In this document: in pieces, positions 1 to 8,688 of the stretch | How the letters are laid out: each line of letters starts with the position of its first letter | Position numbering within the stretch: position 1 is the stretch's first letter | IMG/VR virus record: IMGVR_UViG_3300025018_000442 | Coordinates: 1-29,045 of that record | Reading direction: 5' to 3' (one strand) | DNA length: 29,045 bases | Source: a virus | Taxonomy: Duplodnaviria; Caudoviricetes | Program-made: the position numbers and the translations under genes | The notes under the pieces: generated by a model | Seen by the model: the letters and a program-made list of their open reading frames with translations, nothing else | Databases searched by the model: none | What the model was told of the DNA's origin: nothing

Positions 1-3
1 GGC

Positions 4-921
4 TTAATAGTCCTCGCTCCCGTCCTCCCCCAGCGGGTCGGCCGGGGTCATCGTCACGCGGCGCGCGTCCTGGTAGATTTCGCTTTTCTTGGCCTCGGCC
101 AGCAGCGCGTTGCCCTCGCTGTTTTTTTCCTTGGCCTTGCCGTATTGGCGCATCGATTCCAGCGCGTCGGCCATGGTGTAGGCCAGAATGGCATTGTCCA
201 AGCTCGGCATGCCGGTGGTGTCGGTATCGGTGGCCATGGGCGGCGCGTGGCGTTTGGCCAGCACCAGCAGGGTGTCGGCCGCTCCCGGGGTTTCATGCAG
301 GCGCAGCCGGGCGTGGCGCTTTTCGCGCTGGGCGGCCAGCAGGGTAAGCAGCGTGGCCGCGCTCGTGGCCCCCGTTACCGTAATGGTGCCGGCCGTGGCC
401 TCCTTGGACAGATTGAGCACTTCGGTGTAGGTGTTCACCGTCTGCACGCTGCTGGTGCCGTTCAGGGTCACGGTTTCGCTCACTTCCTCGCCGGCGTTTT
501 CCCCGTAAATCGACACATTGCCCGTGTCGGCCGCGTTGTTTGATACCAGGTTCAGCTTTTCACCGGCACTGGCCGGTGCCACCGCCAGCGCACTGGCCGG
601 TGGCTGCGAGAAAAACAACGGATCCCCGCTGCGCTCCCAGATCTGCGGGTCGTTGTTGAACAGATATGTTTGATCGACCGGCAATAGTCCCTGGCTGGCG
701 GTCTTGGCGGCCACAATTCGGTCGACCTGCGCACCCATCACCAGCGTGTGCGTGTCGGCCGTCACGCTCTTGGTGTAGATCGAAAGGGTGTCCTTCCAAA
801 GCACCAGCTGCCAAAGCATGTCGCGCCGCAGTTTGGCGTAGGTGCGGATTTTTGCCTTAAACGTGTCGTCGGTCTGGCCGACTTTCCCGCACACGTAGCT
901 GAGAATATCCCCCAGGATCAT
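4..921 (-). CDS. Putative tail adaptor / tail tubular protein A-like virion protein
   Basis: 305-aa ORF downstream of the head genes. Helical N-terminus (ILSYVCGKVG) and C-terminus (LDNAILAYTMADALE..KA) resemble podovirus adaptors, with a Thr/Gly-rich beta insertion in the middle. Confidence 0.55.
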   Translation of the reverse strand: MILGDILSYVCGKVGQTDDTFKAKIRTYAKLRRDMLWQLVLWKDTLSIYTKSVTADTHTLVMGAQVDRIVAAKTASQGLLPVDQTYLFNNDPQIWERSGDPLFFSQPPASALAVAPASAGEKLNLVSNNAADTGNVSIYGENAGEEVSETVTLNGTSSVQTVNTYTEVLNLSKEATAGTITVTGATSAATLLTLLAAQREKRHARLRLHETPGAADTLLVLAKRHAPPMATDTDTTGMPSLDNAILAYTMADALESMRQYGKAKEKNSEGNALLAEAKKSEIYQDARRVTMTPADPLGEDGSEDY

Positions 922-1145
922 GTGGCACCCCCTTGGTTTTTGAGTTCGCGCAGCTGCAGCCGTTCGTTTTCATTTTCCATTTCCGCGAGCTTTGCGGCCT
1001 GCTGCTCGGCGGCGTTGATATACGAGTGCAGCAGGTCGTGGCTCGTGCCCAGCAGCTCGTGCTGCTCGGCGGTCAAAGGCAGTGCGCGGCTGGCCGCGTA
1101 AAGGTTTTGAGCGGCCTTGTGAGCGTTAACGGCGTCGATTTTCAT
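918..1145 (-). CDS. Hypothetical small coiled-coil protein
   Basis: 75-aa ORF, translationally coupled to both neighbours. Confidence 0.65.
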   Translation of the reverse strand: MKIDAVNAHKAAQNLYAASRALPLTAEQHELLGTSHDLLHSYINAAEQQAAKLAEMENENERLQLRELKNQGGAT

Positions 1146-1927
1146 CAGCTGTGCAATTTGGCGGCGACTCGGTAGGTGTTGCCGTTGACGTCTTGGATCA
1201 ACAGGTAGCCCTCAGGCGTGATGGGCGTATTGACGTAGCTGGTCCCCAGCCGGAAATTGACGTTGGCCCCCATGATAAAGACGCCATTCGAATCAATGCG
1301 AAACGCGGTCTCCCGCGTGCTTCCGTCATCGTTGAGCAGCCGCAAAAACAAATCGGTGCCCTCCATTTTTAACTGCGCCACCTTGTTGTCGGCGGTGCCG
1401 TCAGTGTCTGTCAGCCTGAGCGCGCCGCCATCCGCGTGCGACAGGCTCAATCCGGAAAACTGCGGGCTGTGGGCCGTGCCCAGTTCCAGCGTGGTGCGTT
1501 GGGCGGCTGCGTTGGCATCGTCCAACAGTGCGAGCCCGGCCGCGGTCAGGTCGACCAGCGCCAAAGCCCCTCCGCTGTCGCAATGGGGCAGCTTGTTGGC
1601 CGCAAACGTGAGCCCCGCCAGCTCGCCCAGATTGGCGTGAAACGCCTGCACGTTGGTGCCGATCACGAGCCCCAGCGCGGTGCGCACGGCTGCGTAGTCG
1701 GCCGCCTGCAACAGGCTCCAGATATTGTCCGCGATGGCTATTTCCGCCATGTTGGCGCTGCCGCCAGTGCTGTTGCCCAGCAGTTTCTTGGCCGCAATCG
1801 CCTGAAACTTGGAAAATGTCACCGCGTTGGCGGCGATGGTCAGCGCTGCAAACACCCCGTTGAAATCGGTGTGCGTGTAGGTGGTCGGCAGGGCCGCAAA
1901 GGTGGGAAGTGTCGCAAGATCGCCCAT
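1145..1927 (-). CDS. Tail fibre-like structural protein
   Basis: 260 aa, Ala/Gly/Thr rich, with fibre-type motifs AAVRTALGLVIGTNVQA and AAAQRTTLEL and a beta-rich C-terminus. Confidence 0.6.
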   Translation of the reverse strand: MGDLATLPTFAALPTTYTHTDFNGVFAALTIAANAVTFSKFQAIAAKKLLGNSTGGSANMAEIAIADNIWSLLQAADYAAVRTALGLVIGTNVQAFHANLGELAGLTFAANKLPHCDSGGALALVDLTAAGLALLDDANAAAQRTTLELGTAHSPQFSGLSLSHADGGALRLTDTDGTADNKVAQLKMEGTDLFLRLLNDDGSTRETAFRIDSNGVFIMGANVNFRLGTSYVNTPITPEGYLLIQDVNGNTYRVAAKLHS

Positions 1928-1930
1928 GTT

Positions 1931-2200
1931 TTATTTGCTCCAGGTTTTTTTGACTGAATCCAGCGTGTGGTCGCGGCCCAGCTCACGCTGCATCCGGTCG
2001 CGGCCGTAAGTGTTTTCCATGTCCTTCAATCCCTGGCGCACCCCGGCTTCCATGGTGTGGGGGTTCTCGGCCAAGCCCAGCCGGGCCACAGGGAATTCCA
2101 GCACGCGGGTGTGCCCGGGCACTTGGTCGCGGTTGGCGATTGTTTCCAGGCGCACGCTCTGTGCGCCGGTCTTGTTGTGGCGGTAGGTGTAGAATGGCAT
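1931..2200 (-). CDS. Hypothetical protein with FmdB-like N-terminus lacking the Cys ligands
   Basis: MPFYTYRHNKTG resembles the MPxYxYxCxxCG start; tight operon spacing. Confidence 0.6.
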   Translation of the reverse strand: MPFYTYRHNKTGAQSVRLETIANRDQVPGHTRVLEFPVARLGLAENPHTMEAGVRQGLKDMENTYGRDRMQRELGRDHTLDSVKKTWSK

Positions 2201-2203
2201 GGA

Positions 2204-2455
2204 TCAGGGGATTTGCTTTTTCAACTGCTTCACGTTTTCATCGATCCGGATGAGGATTTCCCAGGTGGCCTGCTGCTCTTTTTTGATTTGGATAATGTCG
2301 GCCGCGTTGCGCGTGACCTGGCCGTGTTGGTCCGACCAGGCCGCGTAGCCGATAGCCACGGCCGCAAGCAGGGTCGCCAGCGTGACCAGGGGTAGGGAAA
2401 TCCGCTCCGCGGGGCCGAGGCGCAGGTCGGGGGTCTTGGTAGCATCGTCGCTCAT
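2204..2455 (-). CDS. Single-TM membrane protein with C-terminal coiled coil (holin-like candidate)
   Basis: Hydrophobic segment ISLPLVTLATLLAAVAIGYAAW followed by a heptad-like tail. Confidence 0.55.
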   Translation of the reverse strand: MSDDATKTPDLRLGPAERISLPLVTLATLLAAVAIGYAAWSDQHGQVTRNAADIIQIKKEQQATWEILIRIDENVKQLKKQIP

Positions 2456-3162
2456 GGGGTGGCGGGTTGCGGGATTGAGGATTGACTGGCCACTTTGAGG
2501 CGAAGCTCGGCCAGGTTGCTTTCGTCGAGGTAGTTTTTCTCGCGCTTGACCAGCTTTTTGGCGGCCGTGTCCATGGTGCTGCTCAGGTGCTCCTTGAGTT
2601 CGGCGGCGGCCTTCGGGTTCTCGATCTGGTATTCCTCCACGGCCTGCGCCATCTGCTGGATGCCACTGCGCATCCGGCGGATGACAAACAGGAGAAAGGT
2701 CAGAAACCCGGGGATGAAAATGCAGGCGGCCGCGATGGCGGCGAGGCCGATGATCCCGGCCGGGCCGGCCAGGTTATATCCGGTGCCTTCGAGTTCGCTG
2801 TAGGCATATTTCCGGGCAAAGGCCTGCCACTGCTCGTCCTTTTTCTGCGCGTTCAACAGCCCCTTGCGCAGTTCTTTGATCACCGCGTCCTTGTCCTCGA
2901 TCGTCACGGGCTTTTTGGGCTCGCCCAGGCTCTGCGATAGCGGGGTGGCCACGGCGTGGATCTGCTGGATTTGGTTCGCCGGGTCCGGTTCCACGACCGC
3001 GCTCTTTTGCATGAGGTAGCTGGCGCCCTGGCGCTCGGCCTCGACCTGCTGCGGCGATTTCTCGCCCAGTTTGGGATCGATCTGCTTCTGGAAGACGCGC
3101 CACTGGGGAAGCGCGCAGCCGGCCAGCGCAAACAGGCTGAGTATTGCCAGCGTGCGTCTCAT
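2452..3162 (-). CDS. Lipoprotein with internal TM helix (unimolecular spanin-like)
   Basis: ATG at 3162 overlaps the upstream stop (ATGA). MRRTLAILSLFALAG-C lipobox; second hydrophobic segment IIGLAAIAAACIFIPGFLTFLLFVI. Confidence 0.6.
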   Translation of the reverse strand: MRRTLAILSLFALAGCALPQWRVFQKQIDPKLGEKSPQQVEAERQGASYLMQKSAVVEPDPANQIQQIHAVATPLSQSLGEPKKPVTIEDKDAVIKELRKGLLNAQKKDEQWQAFARKYAYSELEGTGYNLAGPAGIIGLAAIAAACIFIPGFLTFLLFVIRRMRSGIQQMAQAVEEYQIENPKAAAELKEHLSSTMDTAAKKLVKREKNYLDESNLAELRLKVASQSSIPQPATP

Positions 3163-3629
3163 CGTGGGGCCTCCCGATATATGGCGATGATCTCGCCGAC
3201 GTAGTTTGCCGTTGTCACGCGCCACTGCGGTTCACTGCGGGCGTTGTGGTCGCCGCTGGCAATGTAGCCGTAGCGATCCTTGGCTGCCAGGCGGTGCGTC
3301 GTGTTTTGGCCGTGGTTCCAGGCCGGCCGGTAGGTCACCACCTTGCCCAGCAGGTCGTCGGTCAAGGGTGTGGGCACGCAGACCAGCCAGTCCCATTGGT
3401 GGATCAGCGGTTGCATGCTGCCCTCCGGGTTGGTCACCAGCAGGACCGACCCGCCGGCATCGCGGGCGTGCAGGCGCGCCGCTTCCTGGGCTGCGGCCGG
3501 GCTCGACTCATAAAAAAGCGCGGGGTTCTTGTGCTTCGCGTAGCCACAGCCAAAAAGCAAAAGCAGGGCCACGCACACCACGATCGTGGCGACGGTCGAC
3601 CAGCACATGCCTTTGGCTTCGATCGTCAT
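3159..3629 (-). CDS. S26 signal peptidase I-like protein (Ser-His, SipW/Sec11 type)
   Basis: Motifs in the expected order: EGSMQP, VVTY, HRL, SGDHN (cf. KGDNN), YVGEII. N-terminal hydrophobic anchor ending LLFGC. Confidence 0.7.
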   Translation of the reverse strand: MTIEAKGMCWSTVATIVVCVALLLLFGCGYAKHKNPALFYESSPAAAQEAARLHARDAGGSVLLVTNPEGSMQPLIHQWDWLVCVPTPLTDDLLGKVVTYRPAWNHGQNTTHRLAAKDRYGYIASGDHNARSEPQWRVTTANYVGEIIAIYREAPR

Positions 3630-3634
3630 GGCGA

Positions 3635-3880
3635 TTAGGCCGGGAACAGGTGCGCGTTGACGTCGCGGATAAATGTTGCCCCTACGGGCGATCCCGCGAC
3701 TTCGCTTAAGGTGTCCACATCCGCGCCGGCCGGCGCCGTGCAGTCCGACTGCAGCACGGCCTCATTGGGGTCGAGCAGGTCAAACAGCCAATCTCCGCCA
3801 ATTTGCGGCGGCTGCTTGAGCCCCACTTTGGTGGCCCCACTGGCGTGGGCTTGGGCAAGGTCTTGAACGATGTAATACAT
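3635..3880 (-). CDS. Hypothetical protein (possible fibre-associated/chaperone)
   Basis: 81 aa from ATG 3880 (MYYIVQDL), directly after the fibre gene. Confidence 0.6.
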   Translation of the reverse strand: MYYIVQDLAQAHASGATKVGLKQPPQIGGDWLFDLLDPNEAVLQSDCTAPAGADVDTLSEVAGSPVGATFIRDVNAHLFPA

Positions 3881-3900
3881 GATTTTGTGCGGTTGATTTG

Positions 3901-5436
3901 TTACGAAGCTCGGCGGAACACGCACCGGAGTTGCACGGTGTTGCTGGCCCACGATGAGTTGGCGAGGTGGAGCTTTTTGCCTCCGGCCAGCAGGCCGTTC
4001 GAGACGGTGAGGGCGACGGTCAGGGCCGAGGCGGACATGGCTCCGGTTGCGCAGGTGGTGCCGCCGGACGAAGTCTCCTTGACCGTAATTGTGCTGGTCT
4101 CGGTGCCGGTCTGAGTCGCGTAGGCTGCAACAAGTTCGTAGCCGGTGGGGGCAATGACTTGGTCCGCGAGGACGAACCCGTCTGCGGTCATCGCGTTGGA
4201 GAGCACGCTGACCTGCTCCGGCTTGTCGCCTAGCGCGGTGACGCCGGAGGTGAGCAGCATCGGGATGCGGTTGGAGCCGGAGTCGGAGAGCGTCACGGCG
4301 CCGGGTTGGATGGCCCACTTGGCGATGGGGCCGAGCTCTACCAAAGACAAATTGTCAATCACCACGACTGCGCCAGAAATAGCCCCACGAACTGACAATC
4401 CAACATTGGTTAGCGCGGTAAATTCTACAACCTGAGCCAACCCTGCCGTAAGACCCGTTGCATAATTAAGCGAATAAGTCCCCGATGAAATTTGAGCCGT
4501 GCCGGTGCTGATACTTACAATATCGAAAGTCAGTCTGTAGCGCCGACCAACAATCGTTGGCATATATGCTTGACCAAGAACCGCCCCAGAATAAGCACTT
4601 CCGACAGTAATCTCTAGTTGATTGGCAACAATGGCTAGTGTTCCGCCATTGGTGACGGTCCAATTCCCTATCGTTCCACCTGCAAAATCTGCATTGTCGG
4701 TGCCAGTGATTTTACTTACCGCGCTCCCCGTGCCTGCGTAGCACCAGTCGGGCAGCAGGCCGGTTTGGGCGTGGGTCAGGATTTCGGCAGCGGTTAAAGC
4801 ACCGAGCACAAAAACCGGAACATATTGAGGTGATGTCAGGCCCCGGCCTGCAAATATGTTTTCTCCGCCGGCTACATCCGTGAACGGCAGTGGTGTCCCA
4901 CCTGATGTGTCGTCGGTGGCGACCAAAATGCCGTTCACATATAGTGTCACCGTTCCATCAGGCTCCCAATGCCAGTATGCGCTATACCACGTATTGGCGG
5001 ATAATGCTGTGGCGTATCTTTTGCCGGTGTAAATGGTGGATGCGCCGCGCCGCACTTCCAACCGCATTGACGTGTCGAGCCAAAGACCAAGCGATGTGGT
5101 GACATTGAGGCTGCCCGCTGTGCTGCTGTGCCCGCCGAGTTCAATGGGCGACGACGGTGCGGTGGCAGGTGTGCGGAATCTGTAGCCTACACCGTGAGCA
5201 AGGGCGGAAAATCCTGACTGTGCTCCAGTCGCTGCGGAGGCCACGCGCCCCGAGGTCGCACCGTCGAACAGAAGGAAGGGGGCGAGGGCGCGGGGGGCAG
5301 CGTTGCTGTTCGCCTCGTCCTGGCTAAAAACTTCCAGGTTGGTCCGTGCGCTCGCGGCGCTGGCGAGGTCGCTCAGGTTGTTGGCGGAAAGGGCGGCACC
5401 GGCCGCCGGCGTGATGGGTGGCGGGAATAAGATCAT
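3901..5436 (-). CDS. Tail fibre / receptor-binding protein with LamG-like and carbohydrate-binding-like domains
   Basis: NNLSDLASAASARTNL fibre motif; LamG-type NTWYSAYW..VTLYVNG..ALTAAEI; CBM-like GRRYRLTFD..VIDNLSLVEL. Confidence 0.7.
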   Translation of the reverse strand: MILFPPPITPAAGAALSANNLSDLASAASARTNLEVFSQDEANSNAAPRALAPFLLFDGATSGRVASAATGAQSGFSALAHGVGYRFRTPATAPSSPIELGGHSSTAGSLNVTTSLGLWLDTSMRLEVRRGASTIYTGKRYATALSANTWYSAYWHWEPDGTVTLYVNGILVATDDTSGGTPLPFTDVAGGENIFAGRGLTSPQYVPVFVLGALTAAEILTHAQTGLLPDWCYAGTGSAVSKITGTDNADFAGGTIGNWTVTNGGTLAIVANQLEITVGSAYSGAVLGQAYMPTIVGRRYRLTFDIVSISTGTAQISSGTYSLNYATGLTAGLAQVVEFTALTNVGLSVRGAISGAVVVIDNLSLVELGPIAKWAIQPGAVTLSDSGSNRIPMLLTSGVTALGDKPEQVSVLSNAMTADGFVLADQVIAPTGYELVAAYATQTGTETSTITVKETSSGGTTCATGAMSASALTVALTVSNGLLAGGKKLHLANSSWASNTVQLRCVFRRAS

Positions 5437-5442
5437 GGCGGG

Positions 5443-5763
5443 TCAGTCTTTGTATTGAGCCACCTGCAGCGCCGAGTCGGTGCCGGTGGACCGGATGAAT
5501 TTCGCCACGTCGGCCTCCTGCCGGCTCAGGCGGATGAATTGCCCGGCGATGGCGGCAAAGCCGAGTGTGGCGGTGGGCGTGGTGCCGTTGACGGTGTAGC
5601 GCACGGCGGCGTCCTCCACGCAAAGCAGCACCGCCTTGGTGTCGGCGTGCAGCGCGCTTCCGGTCAACAGGCTGAGCAGCGTCACGGCGGTGCTGCTGAC
5701 GGCCAGCGGTCCCTCGTGGGCAGCGTTAAAGTTGGGGATGCCTTGGAAGTCGGATTCTCTCAT
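5443..5763 (-). CDS. Small beta-rich virion protein (decoration/fibre-like)
   Basis: 106 aa with VRYTVNGTTPTATLG motif, located after the capsid gene. Confidence 0.55.
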   Translation of the reverse strand: MRESDFQGIPNFNAAHEGPLAVSSTAVTLLSLLTGSALHADTKAVLLCVEDAAVRYTVNGTTPTATLGFAAIAGQFIRLSRQEADVAKFIRSTGTDSALQVAQYKD

Positions 5764-5807
5764 GTGGTAACGGCGTGCGGCCGGCGCTTGGGTGTTTGGG
5801 TTGCGGG

Positions 5808-6077
5808 TTAGTAGACTTGCGGGCCGTCGCTCTTTTGCGCGTCGCGGCGCAGGGCGGCTTCCTCCTGGTCCATGTTTTCCTCCTGCGCGGTGTCCTGCTT
5901 TACGGGCTGGCCGTTCACAGTTTCCACCTGCAGATAGGCTTCCTCGCCCTCGATGCGGCTCACGGTGGCGGTGCCGCTAAAGTCCACGCTGTCACCCATC
6001 GCGGGGGGCGTGGCCTGGCCTTCGCCCTCTCCGGGCATTGCAAGTGCCGCAGTGGGCACACAAATTTCTGATTTCAT
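5808..6077 (-). CDS. Small acidic protein sharing a helix motif with the scaffold
   Basis: 89 aa; C-terminal ENMDQEEAALR matches scaffold ENLDQEEAALR. Confidence 0.65.
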   Translation of the reverse strand: MKSEICVPTAALAMPGEGEGQATPPAMGDSVDFSGTATVSRIEGEEAYLQVETVNGQPVKQDTAQEENMDQEEAALRRDAQKSDGPQVY

Positions 6078-6142
6078 GGGTGTGGTGGCTTGTAGTTGCG
6101 GGATCTAAAAAAGTGGGTGTGGCGGGGGTAAGGTTCTTGGTG

Positions 6143-6189
6143 AAAAAAGCCGGGCCGCTCGTGGGCGTGGGCCTCGTGGCGGCCCGGCT
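6143..6189 (-). terminator. Rho-independent terminator after the major capsid gene
   Basis: On the minus strand an 11-bp stem AGCCGGGCCGC/GCGGCCCGGCT followed by a T run. Confidence 0.7.
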
Positions 6190-6215
6190 CGTGGTTACGT
6201 TTCAGTGGCCCTCAA

Positions 6216-7202
6216 TCAGGCAAACGTGGTTTTGCAGCGGGTGACGACATAGCGCTTCTGCGCCAGCACCTTCGACACCGCGTAGGCACTCCACGCGGGG
6301 ATGATGAACTGGTTGTGCGGGTCGCTCTTGTCGGGCTTGTCCAGGATCGTGATCTTGGGCTTGAAGGCACTGTTGCCCCCGGCCAGATCCACAAACCCGA
6401 TGGCTTCCTCCCCCAGCGTGAGCACGCAGTAGATCGCGCCGCTGGCAGTGTAGGTGCCGGCGGAATCGGCCACGCTCGCGTCGCGGTAGGGGGTGGTGGC
6501 CTCCACGTAGCGGGTGCCGTAGAGCCGGCCCAGCTCGCGCTTGAACAGCTGTTTGGCCCCGGCATACTTCGCCGGCTCTTCCCACTTGGTGTGCTGCACC
6601 AGGTCAAAGGAGATTTCCGGCGGCACCACGGTGATAAAATCACCGTCGCCAAACGGCGTGGCCTTGCTGGTTTTCAGCTGGGTCACGGCCGCAAGGCCCA
6701 GGATGGGGGTCCAGGGCGAGTTGGCCGCGCTCAATGCCACCAGGGCATTGAAGTTGGCCGCCCCACCCGCATAGCGGTTGTGCCCGGTCGTGGCCTGGCC
6801 GGTCACCAGCTCATTGCGGATGAGGTTGTCGCAGAAGTAGCCGGCGGAAAGCCCCATCTTCTTGGTCCCGCTTTTCAAGCGGTCGAAAAAGCTGGTGAGT
6901 GAGAGGCGGTTTGAGATTTTCATCTTGTCGCCCCAGAACTTCAGCTGCGCGTCGATGTAGCCCAGGTCATTGGTGGAAAACGTCGTGTTCTCCACCGTGT
7001 CCTCGGCCAGTTCGATCACGTCGTCCGCGTCGCCGTCCGGCTCAATGAAGAACCGCACGGTGTCGGCGCCCTGCCCCTGCGGCAGGCCCTCCTTGGTGGT
7101 GAATTGTTCGAGCACTACAGTTTCCTGCAGCGTCTTCAGCATGCGCTTCGAAAAGTGCTTCTGATAGGTGTCTGTCTGGTTGGTGGTGAGTTGAATTGCC
7201 AT
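6216..7202 (-). CDS. Major capsid protein (HK97 fold, N4-gp56-like)
   Basis: 328 aa after scaffold; motifs LPQGQGADTVRF, ELGRLYGTRYVE, DKSDPHNQ; followed by a terminator. Confidence 0.85.
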   Translation of the reverse strand: MAIQLTTNQTDTYQKHFSKRMLKTLQETVVLEQFTTKEGLPQGQGADTVRFFIEPDGDADDVIELAEDTVENTTFSTNDLGYIDAQLKFWGDKMKISNRLSLTSFFDRLKSGTKKMGLSAGYFCDNLIRNELVTGQATTGHNRYAGGAANFNALVALSAANSPWTPILGLAAVTQLKTSKATPFGDGDFITVVPPEISFDLVQHTKWEEPAKYAGAKQLFKRELGRLYGTRYVEATTPYRDASVADSAGTYTASGAIYCVLTLGEEAIGFVDLAGGNSAFKPKITILDKPDKSDPHNQFIIPAWSAYAVSKVLAQKRYVVTRCKTTFA

Positions 7203-7258
7203 TTGTTACAGGCGTGCCATTGGGTCCCGTGGCACGGGGTTGCGGGCCGGTCGCGGTC

Positions 7259-8302
7259 TTAGCCTCCGCCCCTTGCATCGGCCGCCATGGCTTGTTCGCG
7301 CAGCTCTTGCTCCGCTTCATCCAGTGGCAGGTCGTTGATCTTGCGTTCCGCGGGCTTGTGGCCCGGGCCGCCGGGGTGCAGTGAGGTCAGTTCCGTGAGT
7401 CGGGAAATTTCCTGCTGCGCATCGGTCAGCTGTTGCTCCAGGTCGGGCACGCGGTTGGCCTGCAATTGCAAGCCGGCGATTTGCACGGCATAGTTGATGC
7501 CGTCGCCCGAGGTGTGGAGAATCGGGAATTCTTTCAGCAAGCGGGTTACCTCCGTGCGCATTGGCGTGCCTTCCTCGGCCAGCTCGGGATGTTCTTTCCC
7601 GAGCTTTTGGAGATTGGCCTGCCAGTGCTGCTGCATGGCGGCTTGTTCCTGCGCAGTGATGCGGCCCCCGGTGGGCAGTTTGATCAACTGCCCCTCGTCG
7701 GCTGCTCCACCCTGCTGCTTTTGTTCCTCGTCGCGCAGTCGCTTGGCCACTGCCAGCGCCTTGTCGCGCGCCTCCAGTTTGCCCTCGGCCTCAAAGTCTT
7801 TGGCCGCCTCGTCGTATTGCTCGGCGGTAAATCCGTTGTGCTTTGGTTTCTCCGGTGGTGTCGCGCGCTGCTGCTTGGCCTGCTCGATCTGCCTGCGCTC
7901 GGCTTCCAAAGTTTCCCGCTCTTTTTTGAGCTGGTCCTTTTCCGCCGTGATCTGTTTCCACGCCTTGTCCTGCCGCCGTTTCGATTTCTCGTAGGGCGTC
8001 AGTTTCGGGTCGTCGTCGTCGCCCTTTTCATCGGGCTTCGTGTCCTTCTGTTCCTTGGCCTTTTCGGCCTCGGTTTTGTCAGCTGACTTTTGCTCTTTTT
8101 TGCCGGCGTCGGTTTTGTCCTTCGTCGGTTTATCTGTTTTTTTCGTGGTTGGCTCCACGTCGCCGGCCGCCTGTTTGCCGGTGTTTACATCGTCCAACAG
8201 GGTCTTGTCCTCCGCGCGCGGCGGGTCGATTTGCATCGCCTCGTTGCGCAGGGCGGCTTCCTCTTGGTCGAGGTTTTCCAGGTCGTTGTCTTCTTGGTCC
8301 AT
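7259..8302 (-). CDS. Capsid scaffolding protein
   Basis: Highly charged, low-complexity, coiled-coil 347 aa between portal and capsid; GGAG upstream of ATG. Confidence 0.75.
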   Translation of the reverse strand: MDQEDNDLENLDQEEAALRNEAMQIDPPRAEDKTLLDDVNTGKQAAGDVEPTTKKTDKPTKDKTDAGKKEQKSADKTEAEKAKEQKDTKPDEKGDDDDPKLTPYEKSKRRQDKAWKQITAEKDQLKKERETLEAERRQIEQAKQQRATPPEKPKHNGFTAEQYDEAAKDFEAEGKLEARDKALAVAKRLRDEEQKQQGGAADEGQLIKLPTGGRITAQEQAAMQQHWQANLQKLGKEHPELAEEGTPMRTEVTRLLKEFPILHTSGDGINYAVQIAGLQLQANRVPDLEQQLTDAQQEISRLTELTSLHPGGPGHKPAERKINDLPLDEAEQELREQAMAADARGGG

Positions 8303-8310
8303 TTTCTCCT

Positions 8311-8688
8311 TCAGGTATCGCTCAGGTGTTCGAGGTCATCAGGGAGCGATGCCTGATTTTCCTCGGTGGTGTCCGGGTCCGTCCGGACAGACGAAAGTTG
8401 CTTCAGCTTGGCCACGGCGGCACGCAGCCCCCGCGCAAACGTGTTGTGCCCGTAGGCCGTGGCCGGCTGGCAGTTCAGGATCGCGTGCGTGTCGGCATCC
8501 GCCTTGGCGTTCTCCAGTTCCTGCAAAAGCTTGCGGCCCGTGCCGGTGTGCAAAAATCCTTCAAGCGCGCGCGCGTCGTCCTGGGTCCACTGCACGTCAG
8601 CCCGGGTGGCATTGGGCTTGGCCACATACAAAAGCCACAGTTGCACCGTGCGCTGGCGCAGCAGCCATTTGATCAGGTGCTTTTTCAC
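8311..8688 (-). CDS. Hypothetical protein between portal and scaffold
   Basis: GTG start overlapping the portal stop (VKKHLIKWLL..FLHTGTGRKLL); typical position in podovirus head operons. Confidence 0.6.
   Translation of the reverse strand: MKKHLIKWLLRQRTVQLWLLYVAKPNATRADVQWTQDDARALEGFLHTGTGRKLLQELENAKADADTHAILNCQPATAYGHNTFARGLRAAVAKLKQLSSVRTDPDTTEENQASLPDDLEHLSDT

Noticed and set aside
6202-6240. Programmed frameshift extending the capsid protein
   Set aside because: No clear slippery heptamer, the alternative frames stop within a few codons, and a terminator follows.
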